DNA of 63,720 bases, filler included, from Octopus bimaculoides (GCF_001194135.2; 6 parts of 6 records of this genome joined end to end with filler, not necessarily neighbours in it), one strand, 5' to 3'. Positions 39,237-51,534 are shown, counted from the whole stretch's first letter. Translations and numbers: made by a program. Notes: generated from the letters alone by a model not told the origin.

Positions 39237-40863
39237 CTCATTGAGACTGAGTATCTTTATTTATCGACAAACTTATCTATTTACTTACAAATTTATCTAT
39301 TACTTAATCAGTTATTTGGCAACGGGGGTGTTGCTGTGATGCTCTTTGGTTATTTTCTCAGAATAACTCCAAGCAATTTAACACATTATGTTTTATACAA
39401 CAGAACTCCACCATTTTATGTAGTTACTTCTATCCTTCTATCTCATTTATAAATACAGAAATCTCCCACTATACGGAAGTAATGCGTTCTTGAAAAGTTG
39501 GCCGTAACGCAAGATTCCGTAAATCGAAATTAATTTTCCCATATATTTTCATAATATCAAATGAGATTACGTTCCTACAGAACATTCGACATAGAATAAA
39601 AAAAACCAGAAACCAACAAAGAACAAGAAACGTTATCACATTTATACATGAAAATAACTATTTCTAAACGCGTAGTATCATATAGATACAAAAACATTTC
39701 ATGAGGAATGTGATAGAAAATGAATAAGAATCGTAATATCGTAAGAATGCGTTCTTACCACAAAGGATGCTGACTATTCTGTTAGAGGTTTTGGGGGAAT
39801 GAGCGTTACAAGGACGATGAGGGACAATATTTACTATCTTATAGTTCATTATTACCAATAACAGCTTTTGGAGTGATCAACTAATCCAAAATTGTTGTTT
39901 GTTTATTCGATGTATTCACAAAATGACTTAAAAAAGAGATGCGCCAACTACAACTCTTTTGGTAGACAAAAGGAAGAACACAAAGCTTGCAAGCCACATG
40001 TGGAACCCGAACAGCAATATACTACATATAACTGAGTAGAGCATCAACGTGATATCAAAGCCATACATTATCGAGGCAAAAAGGAGCCAGCTGCGGATAG
40101 TTGAACCAATAATCATTCTCATTTTACCTAGAAGTGTACCGATCTTCAAAACTTGAGGTCAGAGTTTTTTACAAGATGTATGCATTTTGACAAATTTCTG
40201 TCAATGAACTGAAAGTTACCCACAACTCAGTGGATTACACACAGAGTTTAAATCACTTTATCTCTTTCTCTCTCTGATCACTCCACTAGGCAAACATTGT
40301 TTAGTATACGATATGTAGATAAAACTCAGTAAACATTAAAAATATTTTAGCAGTGAAGGATTTACTTTGCTCAAGAAAATAACCCGTCACACTCTGAGAA
40401 GCAAACATAATGAGCGCAAGTTTAACGACCTAAATTTAGGTTAAGCTACCTCACAGTTCCGTAGTGAACAAGGTTTTTATATTGTCCCTCTTATTGGATG
40501 TTTAGCCCTACTTTGAGCACTCTGATGCTGAAAGCATGAAATAAATTTTCACCTTCTTAATTATATGTATGCAATCATGTTTGTTGATCTATTCCAATAG
40601 TTAGATTTTGATTTTGTTTTGGTATAAAAACTGAACTTAAGAACGACGGAATGGAATCACCTATCACCTGCAGTATCTTCAATAAAAGAAGTCCGCTGCA
40701 ACAGAGCAAAATGTATTGCTGCTATTCCTCTTAACTACAAGCAAACCTTAGTTGACGATATGGTACAGATATGGCTTATGTTTCTAGCTCGAACTGCATG
40801 GCTTTCTCATTGGCTTGAATCATTAATAAGTTGCTGATGTTGGTTTTGTTATTGATGTTTTAT

Positions 40864-41282
40864 TTACTCTTTTTACTCTTTTACTCTTTTACTCTTTTAC
40901 TTGTTTCTGTCTTTTGACTGTAGCCATGCTGGAGCACCGCCTTTAGTCGAGCAAATCGACCCCAGGACTTATTCTTTGGAAGCCTAGTACTTATTCTATC
41001 GGTCTCCTTTGCCGAACCGCTAAGTGTCGGGAACATAAACACACCAGCATCGGTTGTCAAGCGATGTTGGGGGGACAAACACAGACATACAAACACACAC
41101 ACCCACATACGTATATATATATATACATATATACGACGGGCTTCTTTCAGTTTCCGTCTACCAAATCCACTCACAAGGCTTTGGTCGGCCCGAGGCTATA
41201 GTAAAAGACACTTGCCCAAGATGCCACGCAGTGGGACTGAACCCGGGACTATGTGGTTGGTAAGCAAGCTACTTACCACACT
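40864..41282 (-). mobile_element. SINE family S2, full length, with (TTTTACTC)n tail
   Basis: Near-identical to 57375-57777; tRNA-like head at the right end. Confidence 0.9.
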
Positions 41283-42034
41283 CTTTCGTGTGTTTCTTTT
41301 CCTCAGCTGAAAATTTTGGGTGTGTTGGTCATGCTGTTGTTGATGGTGCCTTCTTTACTGATATTGTAAAATTCTATGGTGTTATCATCCATGTTGCAGC
41401 TCAAAGCTGACTGATGTTGTGATTGTTATTGGTGTTGTTCAATTTTTTTTTTTGTTAGTTCTTTTTGTTAAGACTCTCAAGACAAGAACCAACTACATCT
41501 TGAGACACGTTTAATGAAGAATGATTTCATGAAGGAATTTAAGAAATCATTATAATCATGATAAATTTGAAATTTAGACAATATTCTCTTGTGAAAACAT
41601 GGAGTAGAAATATTAGTTGAAGAAAATATACAAAGTAGGACTTCACTAGTCTGTTACCAACCACGAGACAAATATTTGCTTTTGGGACGTCTTCATTATA
41701 GCTGGTCACATGATTCCAAGAGAACAAGGAACATGTCACTCGGCAGCAACGAGATTGATACAAAGTTGACCAGTACGAGTAGAGGAATAATAGAGCTAGT
41801 CACGTAAGACGAATGATCTCTGCCTCAAGTATTTATATTTAGATTTCGTTGGCAGAAGAGTGACTACAGTCAGTGCAGAAGCCTTTGGGGAAATGACAGA
41901 TACAGCTGCAGTGAGTAGTATTAAATACACTGTTTCACATTCTGTTTCAGAATATTCGATGGCATTGGGTTCGTCTTACATGAACGGCAAATATGTGCAT
42001 CTTTTCACGTGACTTTAAAATTCCTCTTTATTGT

Positions 42035-42105
42035 ATAAATTATGCCCTCCGCAGTTTCTCACCAACTGAGCGACACGGAATTTAATTCCGGAGGGCATAA
42101 TTTAT
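42035..42105. repeat. Perfect 17-bp inverted repeat with 37-nt spacer
   Basis: ataaattatgccctccg (42035-42051) and cggagggcataatttat (42089-42105). Confidence 0.9.
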
Positions 42106-42246
42106 GCAATTTAACCGACTCATAAGAAAACGACAGCAATTTCTCTCGAATTATAATTCACTCAAAAGCCTCAAATATTTGTTAAATTCTATATCTCTCG
42201 CTATATATATATACGTACATGGAAACACACGCGCACACGTGTATAT

Positions 42247-42346
42247 NNNNNNNNNNNNNNNNNNNNNNNNNNNNNNNNNNNNNNNNNNNNTTAATTAATT
42301 AANNNNNNNNNNNNNNNNNNNNNNNNNNNNNNNNNNNNNNNNNNNN
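42247..42346. other. Assembly spacer N44-TTAATTAATTAA-N44
   Basis: Same 100-bp architecture. Confidence 0.95.
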
Positions 42347-42691
42347 CTGCCTGCATGCCTGTTGCTGGCCTGTCGATTCTTTGGCTACTGACAGCTAATA
42401 CTATGACTGGCCGGAGCGAGCTATATGTCTGTCTGTCTGTCTGTCTCTCTATCTATCTATCTATTACTCGAAAGTTCGCGCATCATTTCCTGAAATTGCA
42501 AATTATTTAAAATATAAAAATATAATTTTCAACAGAGAGAATTTATCAAAATAGAAAACAAATGAAGTTTGAAGTTTAAAAATAATAGGATCGACCACTC
42601 ACGACTAGCTAGCTCGGACGCGAGTACCCTTATACTTCACTAGCAGGCAGTGAGCACTTTCACTTCTGACAGCTAATAGCATGATAGTGCC

Positions 42692-42994
42692 GAGTGTTCC
42701 AGTCGGTACGATCAACAGAACAGCCTGCTTATGAAATTAACATGCAAGTGACTGAGCACTCCACAGACATGCATACTATTAACGTAGTTCTCAGGGAGAT
42801 TCAGCGCGACACAGAATGTGACAAGGCTGGTCCTTTTGAATTACATGTACAACTCCTTTTTTTTTCCGGCTGAGTGGACTGGACCAACATGAAATAAAGT
42901 GCCTTGCTCAAGGACACGACACGCCGCCAGGAATCGAGCTCACGCCCTAACGATCATGAGCTGGATGCCCTAACCACTAAGTGCACGTCTTCAC
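42692..42994 (-). mobile_element. SINE family S5, full length
   Basis: Minus strand cacttagtggttagggcatccagctc..gagctcgattcc..gtgtccttgagcaaggcactttatttcatgttggtccagtccactcag, followed by the S5 3' end. Confidence 0.82.
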
Positions 42995-43077
42995 TTCTAA
43001 ACTAGTTAATTTTCTACAGCCACTAAATGATTCTTTCCATTTTAACTTTTCAAACTTAAGGCATCAGGTTTCATTTA

Positions 43078-43116
<39 letters not shown>

Positions 43117-43442
43117 TCAGACAAACATCGTCGGCGACAATAATCAAATAGATTTGGTTACTATGACCTAATTGACCAGATGAGGAAAATAAATAAATGT
43201 GAAGAAGCAAAGTATTACGAAGTCCCTTGTTACTAGCTAGAAACGGAGGCTGTCGACGTGTTTGTACACGTATGCAGTTATTTAGATACATCACAGCTGA
43301 TCAAAGGTACTTCGGGAAAACATTTAATTTTTAAAAATACGTAATTTTTCAATATGGAGTACCTTTTAAAAGGTTATATACATATCACATGTCACTTCTC
43401 TCTCTCTCTCACACATCACCTACGTAATCTATTATCTAGCTA

Positions 43443-43918
43443 TGTAATCTATACCTTTATCGGCGGAATCCCACGTTTTAGGCTATGGAGATTCCGATTC
43501 TGAAAAAAATTTTTCAAAAATCTCAAATTCAAAATTTCGATCCCCCCCCCCACCTACCCCATTTCCCCATTTAAAAATATTTTCCGGAAATTATGTNNNN
43601 NNNNNNNNNNNNNNNNNNNNNNNNNNNNNNNNNNNNNNNNNNNNNNNNNNNNNNNNNNNNNNNNNNNNNNNNNNNNNNNNNNNNNNNNNNNNNNNNNNNN
43701 NNNNNNNNNNNNNNNNNNNNNNNNNNNNNNNNNNNNNNNNNNNNNNNNNNNNNNNNNNNNNNNNNNNNNNNNNNNNNNNNNNNNNNNNNNNNNNNNNNNN
43801 NNNNNNNNNNNNNNNNNNNNNNNNNNNNNNNNNNNNNNNNNNGGAATCTCCATAGCCTAAAACGTGGGATTCCGTAAAAAAAGAGAAAAAAAATAAGGGG
43901 GGAAAGGTTCAGATTACA
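43443..43918. mobile_element. TIR-bounded element spanning a gap
   Basis: Perfect 32-bp inverted pair at 43464-43495 and 43843-43874; outer tatgtaatct/agattacata pair at 43441-43450 and 43911-43920, with a possible TA duplication. Confidence 0.65.
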
Positions 43919-45763
43919 TATAGTCCATCTGGACCCATTTATCTACCCCATTTCTCTTTATCTATCTATCTATCGTATTTGTTTATGTAATCTACCTGTG
44001 TCTGTCCGTCTTTTTATCTATACTTATTGTTGCTTCCGTGATCCAAGCATGTATTATGGAATATAGTTTCCAACTTATATACTAGTTGTTTTTTAGTTGC
44101 AGGTCAGGCCTGACAGAAAGAGATTTCGCTGCTGCTTCAGCGTATGGAACGACTTGGTGCGTGTGTAATCCAAACCCTTCACAGATACTCACACAATCGT
44201 AAATAAAATAAAATTAAAAATCACTCTGCTTTAATATTATGTGTAAATGGTTTTCTAAAACAGTTTTATGATTTATTACTTTTTAATACTTCAAATTCAT
44301 TGTTTTTACGAAATAATATTAACGCAAAATAGCTTTTGTTTATAATATACGCTGCTTTACTCATGAAATTGCTGGTACTACGTACGATCGGCCAGGTTTT
44401 AAGAAGACACTTGTAGAAACAGAATACATAGGTAGTTCTCGGACCACATTTTATTTACAATGTATACAAATGATAATCTCTAGTTACATAAGCAGTGGAA
44501 GCGGCGTAAGTATATGACCGATTTGACACTTAGTATCATTAATTTCTCCAAGTCTGTACAATATTACCGTAATTCATATTTCCCCTTCTCAGCATCACAA
44601 GTTACTGTAAACTGAATTTTTATTTTTCTATTATATCTACACAACCCATTTTGAACAAAAATATTTCCAATCAAATGCTCCTAGTGATGAAAAGGTTAGA
44701 ATAATTTCCGACATTCTTCATTCCTAAGGGATGTTTCTTTCTTCTGAAAGACGTTAAGATGCTTTAGCATTGGAAAGATTAAATAAAGCAAACTAAAATT
44801 GAACGCTTGAAAACAGTAAGTACTATTGAATTTTTAGTTAATATGTAGATGAAATTATTTACCTTGTGTCACTGTTTGTAGTATCCATAATAGACTTTTT
44901 AAATTGATTTCGTGCCTCCGAAAAATTTATACAATATGAAATCGTTCACAAGACACGCGCCCACCGTTAGGCCGCTGTTGATTGGCCACAATTCAGCATC
45001 TTGATTGGCTGGCATATGTTACTACTCATATTAACATAAATAATCATAACATTGTGTTGGTCTGAAATGCTTGACTTCTTCGGCGATTTTATGTATAAAT
45101 CAATGCATAGATCTGTAATAAATGCGCATAAGCTCTGATGCTTCTTTTAAAGCACATAATTGTAAATGATTATTTATATATTGTGTTCGGAACATATACA
45201 TCTGTCCTACTCAAATTTATTTATCTATTTCCTTCAACGTGCTTCGCAGAACCCTAGCACATCTTCAACGTGTTTCACAAAACCCTAGCACATGTTTTTT
45301 TTTTTTCCTCTTCCATTAGCTGGATCATTCTGATTCTCTCTGCCGAAGATCTGCTATTGTAGGTACAAGTGACACGGGTTGTTATCCGATTCCTTGACGG
45401 CCAGTTGGCACCTGAGATTCTTAGCAGCCTCTGGTTGCTCAGCCGCCATAGAGTGGTCCGATTGATCTGAAGGATGTTGAGGCATATTTTCTCGCATTGT
45501 TTTAGCTTTTAAGATGAAGTGACTATGCGGACAGAATATTTATTACTTCTTGTTTAGCTAGCTTCCAGCTTCTAGTAAATAGACTACATGCTCGCTTCCG
45601 TGAAGTAGTCCTTCCGTTGGGCCAGTAGTCTGGTACCTTTGTAGCTTGGTTGGACCAGGACATACTCTCCCCCACCCCCACCCGCTATTATAGCTACCGA
45701 ACAACCATTGCCACTGTTGCACCATTATGAGGTACTAAAGTAGAATTTCGCAACAGGTGATAC

Positions 45764-47800
45764 CAAGGGCCCGGGAACAGGGGGTGCAGCGGGTGCACCC
45801 GCACCCCCTAGAATTTTCAGGGGGTGCAAGATCAAAATTTGCACCCCCTACATAATCTTACCAGTTGCAGAAAAAAAGTGTCTAAAATCTATCGGTATAA
45901 AATGCTGAAGTTTGATCTCGTTTCAAAACAAAGAAAAAAATAAATGTATAAATAAATAAAAGTGATGAAGCTAGCATAAAATTCCCTAGGGAGTTCTGAA
46001 GGCAAGTAACGTCAAAATACAAAAAAAGTAAGTAACAATAACAACAGTGGCAGCAACAATAACAACAACAAAACCAGCATGTATGGTTAATTTTGAACAT
46101 ATAGCATTACTTGAATTATTGAAGACAGCTCCCACCCAGTTTCTGCCTGTCAATACTTTTCTCCATCTTTTAGTACCACTCCCAAGTTCTTTGTAATTGG
46201 TGTTGCTAAAGCCTTAAAACATGGTTGAATAGATTCGACCGTTTGACCCCAGTCTAAAAATAAAGCCCCTTCAGAATTCTTTCAATACAAAACGACCATT
46301 ATTTGCTTGACCATTGCCTGGGTAAGTGCCTTTTTTTTCAACTCCAACTTTAGTCTTGATTCACCTTTTCATTCAATCNNNNNNNNNNNNNNNNNNNNNN
46401 NNNNNNNNNNNNNNNNNNNNNNTTAATTAATTAANNNNNNNNNNNNNNNNNNNNNNNNNNNNNNNNNNNNNNNNNNNNAAAAAAAAAAAAAAAAAAAAAA
46501 AAAACAACAGTTTGTATGAAATATTTAGATGCAGAGCCAGAGTCAAAATAAACAAGGAATATATTTTGAACATTTTTAACCTATTATCAAAAACATTATT
46601 AAAATTTAAAAGAAAAGTAAAATGAAAATAAACTAATCATAAGGTTTTATGTACAGAATTATTGGTTTACTTCATATGAAAATGTTTCAACAAATCTGCA
46701 TCCACACTTTGCACAAGGCTGACAGCAACCTGCAGATTTTGGCTTCTCTGTTTATCAGCTATGATAATCAGTGGCCACAACGTGTGTGCACGTGTGTGTG
46801 TGAGAGAGTGAGTGTGCATGTGTGTATACACAAACACCTGCATGTGGTCTTTTGACTAAGATTAGTGTAGTTTATATACATATACATGCATACACACACA
46901 CATATATCTATGCACACACACACACACATATATATATATATACATATTACACACACACATAATTTATTTAAATAGATGTAATAATTTACAGAAAGGAAAA
47001 ATTCCACAAAAAGGTGAAAAAGAAAAGAAAAACAAAAATTGGCCAGGATATGAGAAGTATGAAAATCAAGTCCATTTTTTTGACATTTAATACTAATGAA
47101 TGGAGCTTGTTGAGAGTTTTCAATAGATTTGCCAGACTCAGTTAAAATGTTCTAAAAATGAATTTGATGCTATGAGAACGTTACAGAACTGTGGTAACTT
47201 AGCACCAACAATTAGGAAATTTCCTGTTAGAATTGCCAAAGTTTTAAAATTTATATTTTATTTTTGAAAAAAATATCAAACAAAACATTAAATTAGTTCC
47301 ATCCTTGATTTCTATAGAATAAAATGTGGTTACAATTTTAATGCAATAGTTTACTGTTTAGCTACAGTAAATGACAGGCCTCTACAGCTAAAAGAACAGC
47401 GATGAAGAATGTTTGGGCAAGATTAGATATGGCATTAACTGCCATGATACAACTAAAATCATTTAACATCAGACATACGGATGTTTTAATGCTGATGGCA
47501 TCATCGAAAATAAGATGCAATAAAATTTGGGATGAAGTATTTTTCAATATAAAAACACAAACTAGTAAGAAAAAAAAAGTATAACAATATCTGTTAACGC
47601 ATAAGCCAGAGAATCAAATATTTAAGAGATTTAAAAAAAGAAGCTAGAATAGCAGCTTTATAGAGACCAAAATATTCTGAAGAATCCAGTCGAATCTGTC
47701 AGAGACATGAAGCTGGTAAATTGGAAGTAAAAAGAATCAATAACAGTAAATATAGCTGTAGAGAAAGCAGAGATTAAAATTCACCAGATTAAAAAGGCAC
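45764..47800 (+). mobile_element. Possible decayed hAT-family DNA transposon
   Basis: GC-rich palindromic end caagggcccggg..gggggtgcagcgggtgcacccgcaccccc (45764-45850). Downstream broken frames (NKMWLQF*CNSLLFSYSK; RCNKIWDEVFFNIKTQT) loosely resemble TTF-zinc-finger hAT transposases. No second terminus was found. Confidence 0.33.
46379..46478. other. Assembly spacer N44-TTAATTAATTAA-N44
   Basis: Same 100-bp architecture. Confidence 0.95.
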
Positions 47801-47901
47801 AGGATATCTTAAATCTACTCAGTGATAAATCATTTCACTAATAGTTTTTTTCTTTCCTCTCTCTCTCTCTTTAATCAAATACAATGTGTGAATGTGTGCG
47901 C

Positions 47902-47937
<36 letters not shown>

Positions 47938-49080
47938 TTGTATGTGTATATATAAATATATATATACACACACACACACAAATATGTGTAATTGAAAAAA
48001 CCCACACCCTCACCACACACACACACACATACATACACATCTATGCAAACATTGTAACATTGAAAAAAATATCTTTAGCAATCACGTGGAAATGGCACCA
48101 ATGTTTTAGTATATAAGTTAGAACGTGTTTATAAAGTGTTAATGGACGAGAAGGAAGAGAGAGAATGGCAGAAAAGAAAATACACAAAGAAAATAAAGTG
48201 AATTCATGATGTTTCAATGTGTTTGTTGATGACTAACTTGTACTCATCGTTAGCTGTAATACTATCAATGGAACCAGTGATGAATCCTCGAGCCCAATCC
48301 AAGAGAATAATAGCAGCAGCAGCAGGTGATAACAGCAACTTACCTGTGTTGTTCTTTCTTGCTCATCCTGAAATGAGTGAAACTTTTTATTTTTTTCTCT
48401 CGTCAATGTAGCAATAATAATAGTTTGCAGCAAGGAGAACAGTGATTCAAGCTAACCCACAAATAACTTTGCTGCTGCTGCTGCTGCTATCTTCTCTGTT
48501 TCAACCAACAGTATAGACAGAAAAAAAAAAGAATATAGTACAGCCAGAAATATTGGAATTCCAGAAATCCATGCAATATTCATTGGATCTTCACTTCCAA
48601 GTAAAGAAAGACACGGTACTGTTCACAGAAACCTAAGTTCCCTCATTGCTTATAAAATTATCATCATCATCATCATCTTAGTTTCCACTGGAACGCTTTG
48701 ACAGCAGTGTTAGGAATGAACATTAAACTTAAAATTGTTCTTTTATATATTTAAAAAAAAAAAAAAAAAANNNNNNNNNNNNNNNNNNNNNNNNNNNNNN
48801 NNNNNNNNNNNNNNNNNNNNNNNNNNNNNNNNNNNNNNNNNNNNNNNNNNNNNNNNNNNNNNNNNNNNNNNNNNNNNNNNNNNNNNNNNNNNNNNNNNNN
48901 NNNNNNNNNNNNNNNNNNNNNNNNNNNNNNNNNNNNNNNNNNNNNNNNNNNNNNNNNNNNNNNNNNNNNNNNNNNNNNNNNNNNNNNNNNNNNNNNNNNN
49001 NNNNNNNNNNNNNNNNNNNNNNNNNNNNNNNNNNNNNNNNNNNNNNNNNNNNNNNNNNNNNNNNNNNNNNNNNNNNNNNN

Positions 49081-49124
<44 letters not shown>

Positions 49125-49959
49125 AAGACTCAAATGAAAAAATTCCTTAGAAAGGATTAACATGAATTCACAATGTCTCAAAATTGTAAATAATGGTTGT
49201 GAAAATAGTCAATCAAACAATGGAGGGAATTACAACATCAACCCATCCACATTTCCTAGAGATTTCGTTAAGATTAGTGTTATGGAAACGTTATCACTCA
49301 TAAGTGTAAATTATTAAGTAGCATATGCTTTGGTATGCTTTCTCTGGATTGATGTCCTTCCAAACGTCCAATCACTGTAGTATTGCATGCTTTTTTCATG
49401 TCACCAACATTTGTGAAGTCAGCATGCAGCTTTCAAGACTACAAACGAAGGCAACTTTAGGTTGAAATGAGAAATAGAAACGGGGAGAGTATGAGAGATA
49501 AGGGGACAGAGGAGGAAAAGTGTTTTTTTGCTGCATGACTGATCCCATTTTCGAAGAGAAGTAGGAGTGCTGAGATGGTATCAGGGTGGAGCTTCAAGGT
49601 ATGAAGTAGGTAGGAATGAGTAGGACAGAAGGGCCAAAATACAGTAGACAGGATGAAAGAGAGATGATATGTTGTGGAAAGATGGGGAAGAGAAGGGCGG
49701 TAGGTGTAGTGCATGAAGAAGGTGGGACATATTGGCAGAAGGAGAAGAAAGAAAAATTGGGTGGCACAGTGGGTGGGTGGGTGTTCAATGAAAGTATAGG
49801 TGGAGAGAACAGTATTAATGAATGAAGGACAACAAATGAAAGGGGTTTTGGGTTGTAAGAGATATTAAGGAAGAACTGCAGTTAGGGAGGGAGTGGTGGG
49901 GTGGTCGTGGCTGCCTTGAGAAGGAAGGAAATTGGGTGAAGGGTTCAATTGTGAATTTC

Positions 49960-50150
49960 ACTGAGGTGAACAGGTCTTCTTGGGAACAGCATATCACCAG
50001 TTAACCAGGCCCTTTTCTCAGTGAAGTTCAAGGTCCTGAGGTGAGCCCTTTATAATCTTGTCTCATGCCTTCCTGGGTTTCTCCCTTCTGCAATTCCCAG
50101 CCACATTTGTTTTACTACCATTAATTATAAAGGTTTCATCAAGTCATTTC
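49960..50150 (-). mobile_element. RTE LINE 3' coding remnant
   Basis: Minus translation EGRNPGRHETRL*RAHLRTLNFTEK resembles the RTE terminal GRGRPRKTW.EVV..DLR.L.LTE pattern. Confidence 0.5.
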
Positions 50151-50694
50151 ATTAGTTTTCTTTCTATGTTGGTAGAGTCAGATAAGCAAAAACTTCATAT
50201 ATCATCATCATCATCATCATCATCGTCATTTAATACCCATGTTCCATTCTGGCATGAATACTCCTGATCTTTTAAAACGACAGTCTTTGAAGCAAGATTG
50301 ACTGTGCTGAAGAGTCAAGTGATGAACATAGAATCTCTAATATTGGTTAAGTGGAAATCTAAACTTTGATGGTAAAATGAAAACATTAGCAATGGTTAAA
50401 AGTTTGAAAAATTGTGAGTATTGACACTTTCTGACAACAAAAATGGAATGGAGAATGTTTCCATCTTTTAAACTAAAGAAAATCTTCTGGTGCTTCAGCC
50501 ATTACTTCTGCAAATTTGTGAGCAATAGTCCTGACATTACAAAATAAAGTATGCTAAGTAGAAATACAGTGTGATAAGGAGATAACCACCCATTTTAAAC
50601 CATTTGAATAGGATTAACACATTAACCCTAACCTCCACATCTAAAACTTAATCACAAGTCAATGATTCCCATTCAAAAGTTTTTCCTTGCATAC

Positions 50695-50829
50695 CTGTGG
50701 AAATAGAGGCCTTTCATTTCGATCATATTTACAGCACTCCATCATCAAACGTTTGAAAGCTTTGGGTGTATCTGATCTGGATTTACTGGGGTCAGGTCGT
50801 ATATGGCCTTTACCAACCATGAAGAGGAT
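50695..50829 (-). CDS. BRAF: Raf kinase internal exon equivalent to BRAF exon 17
   Basis: ctctttcttaattag acceptor and CAG|GTATGC donor; 135 nt, phase 0/0. Translates [45 protein letters not shown]. Confidence 0.97.
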
Positions 50830-51059
50830 CTAATTAAGAAAGAGAGAAGTTTTTCAGAAATTATGAATATTTTAATAGTAAAGCTGGTACAACAAATAGA
50901 TAGCTTCTACAAGAAGCTAAATGCAATTGAGAAGACAAATAGTTCAATGATACTGCAACAAAGATATTTTTAAACAAAGGTCATGATTTGAAGAAGTCTG
51001 AAATCTGAAATGACTTCAAAATGTATATTGTGTTTGTTGGTTGAAAACTTTCCTCTTAC

Positions 51060-51191
51060 CTGGTCCTTGTTGTTGATGTGAGAATATGGCAGTGAGCTGG
51101 TCATTAACTCAAAACAGACAATACCATACGCATACACATCAGATTGGAATGTGTAAGGGTTGTCATCTTTCATCCTTATTACTTCAGGAGC
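51060..51191 (-). CDS. BRAF: Raf kinase internal exon equivalent to BRAF exon 16 (APE to subdomain IX)
   Basis: ttttttcctgtag acceptor and CAG|GTAAGA donor; 132 nt, phase 0/0. Translates [44 protein letters not shown]. Confidence 0.97.
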
Positions 51192-51390
51192 CTACAGGAA
51201 AAAACCAATATTTTATAGTAGTAGCAACATAGTTTCAATAAAAAAAAAAAATATATAATTTAACAAGTTTTTCTAATGTTTTGTATTTCTAGTGTAGTTA
51301 TTCTCAAATTACATCCCAAAGCAAATATGAAACAAATTTCAAACTGATATCAAGTTTAACTGATTAGATTTTATTAAAAAACAATTTTAC

Positions 51391-51509
51391 CATCCACAGA
51401 ATGGAACCAGTTGGCTGTTGGAATTGATGGGATCCACTCCATCGTGCTTTCACAGTTGCAAGACCAAAGTCACCAATTTTGACAGTGAAGTCTTCTGTCA
51501 AAAATATAT
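51391..51509 (-). CDS. BRAF: Raf kinase internal exon equivalent to human BRAF exon 15 (DFG/activation segment)
   Basis: CAG acceptor at 51512-51510 and GT donor at 51390-51389; 119 nt. Translates (N)[40 protein letters not shown]600-equivalent GTG codon is at 51453-51451. Confidence 0.97.
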
Positions 51510-51522
51510 CTGGAGAGCAATA

Positions 51523-51534
51523 ATTTAAGGGAAA
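51523..51534 (-). promoter_or_regulatory. Putative U12 (minor spliceosome) branch site
   Basis: Minus strand reads TTTCCCTTAAAT, matching the CCTTAA core of the TTCCTTAAC consensus, with the branch A about 16-17 nt upstream of the AG. There is no extended polypyrimidine tract, unlike the two other Raf acceptors. Confidence 0.75.

Noticed and set aside
39700-40200. Possible transposase remnant (piggyBac- or pogo-like)
   Set aside because: No diagnostic motif could be recovered in any frame by eye.
41840-42012. 56-codon plus-strand frame DFVGRRVTTVSAEAFGEM...
   Set aside because: Length is compatible with chance, there is no motif, and the acceptor is weak.
46731-46790. cctgcag|ATTTTGGCTTCTCTG (ILASL) resembling the start of the Raf last exon
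   Set aside because: It is on the plus strand, opposite to Raf, and the continuation FISYDNQW does not match SLPKIHRSASEP.
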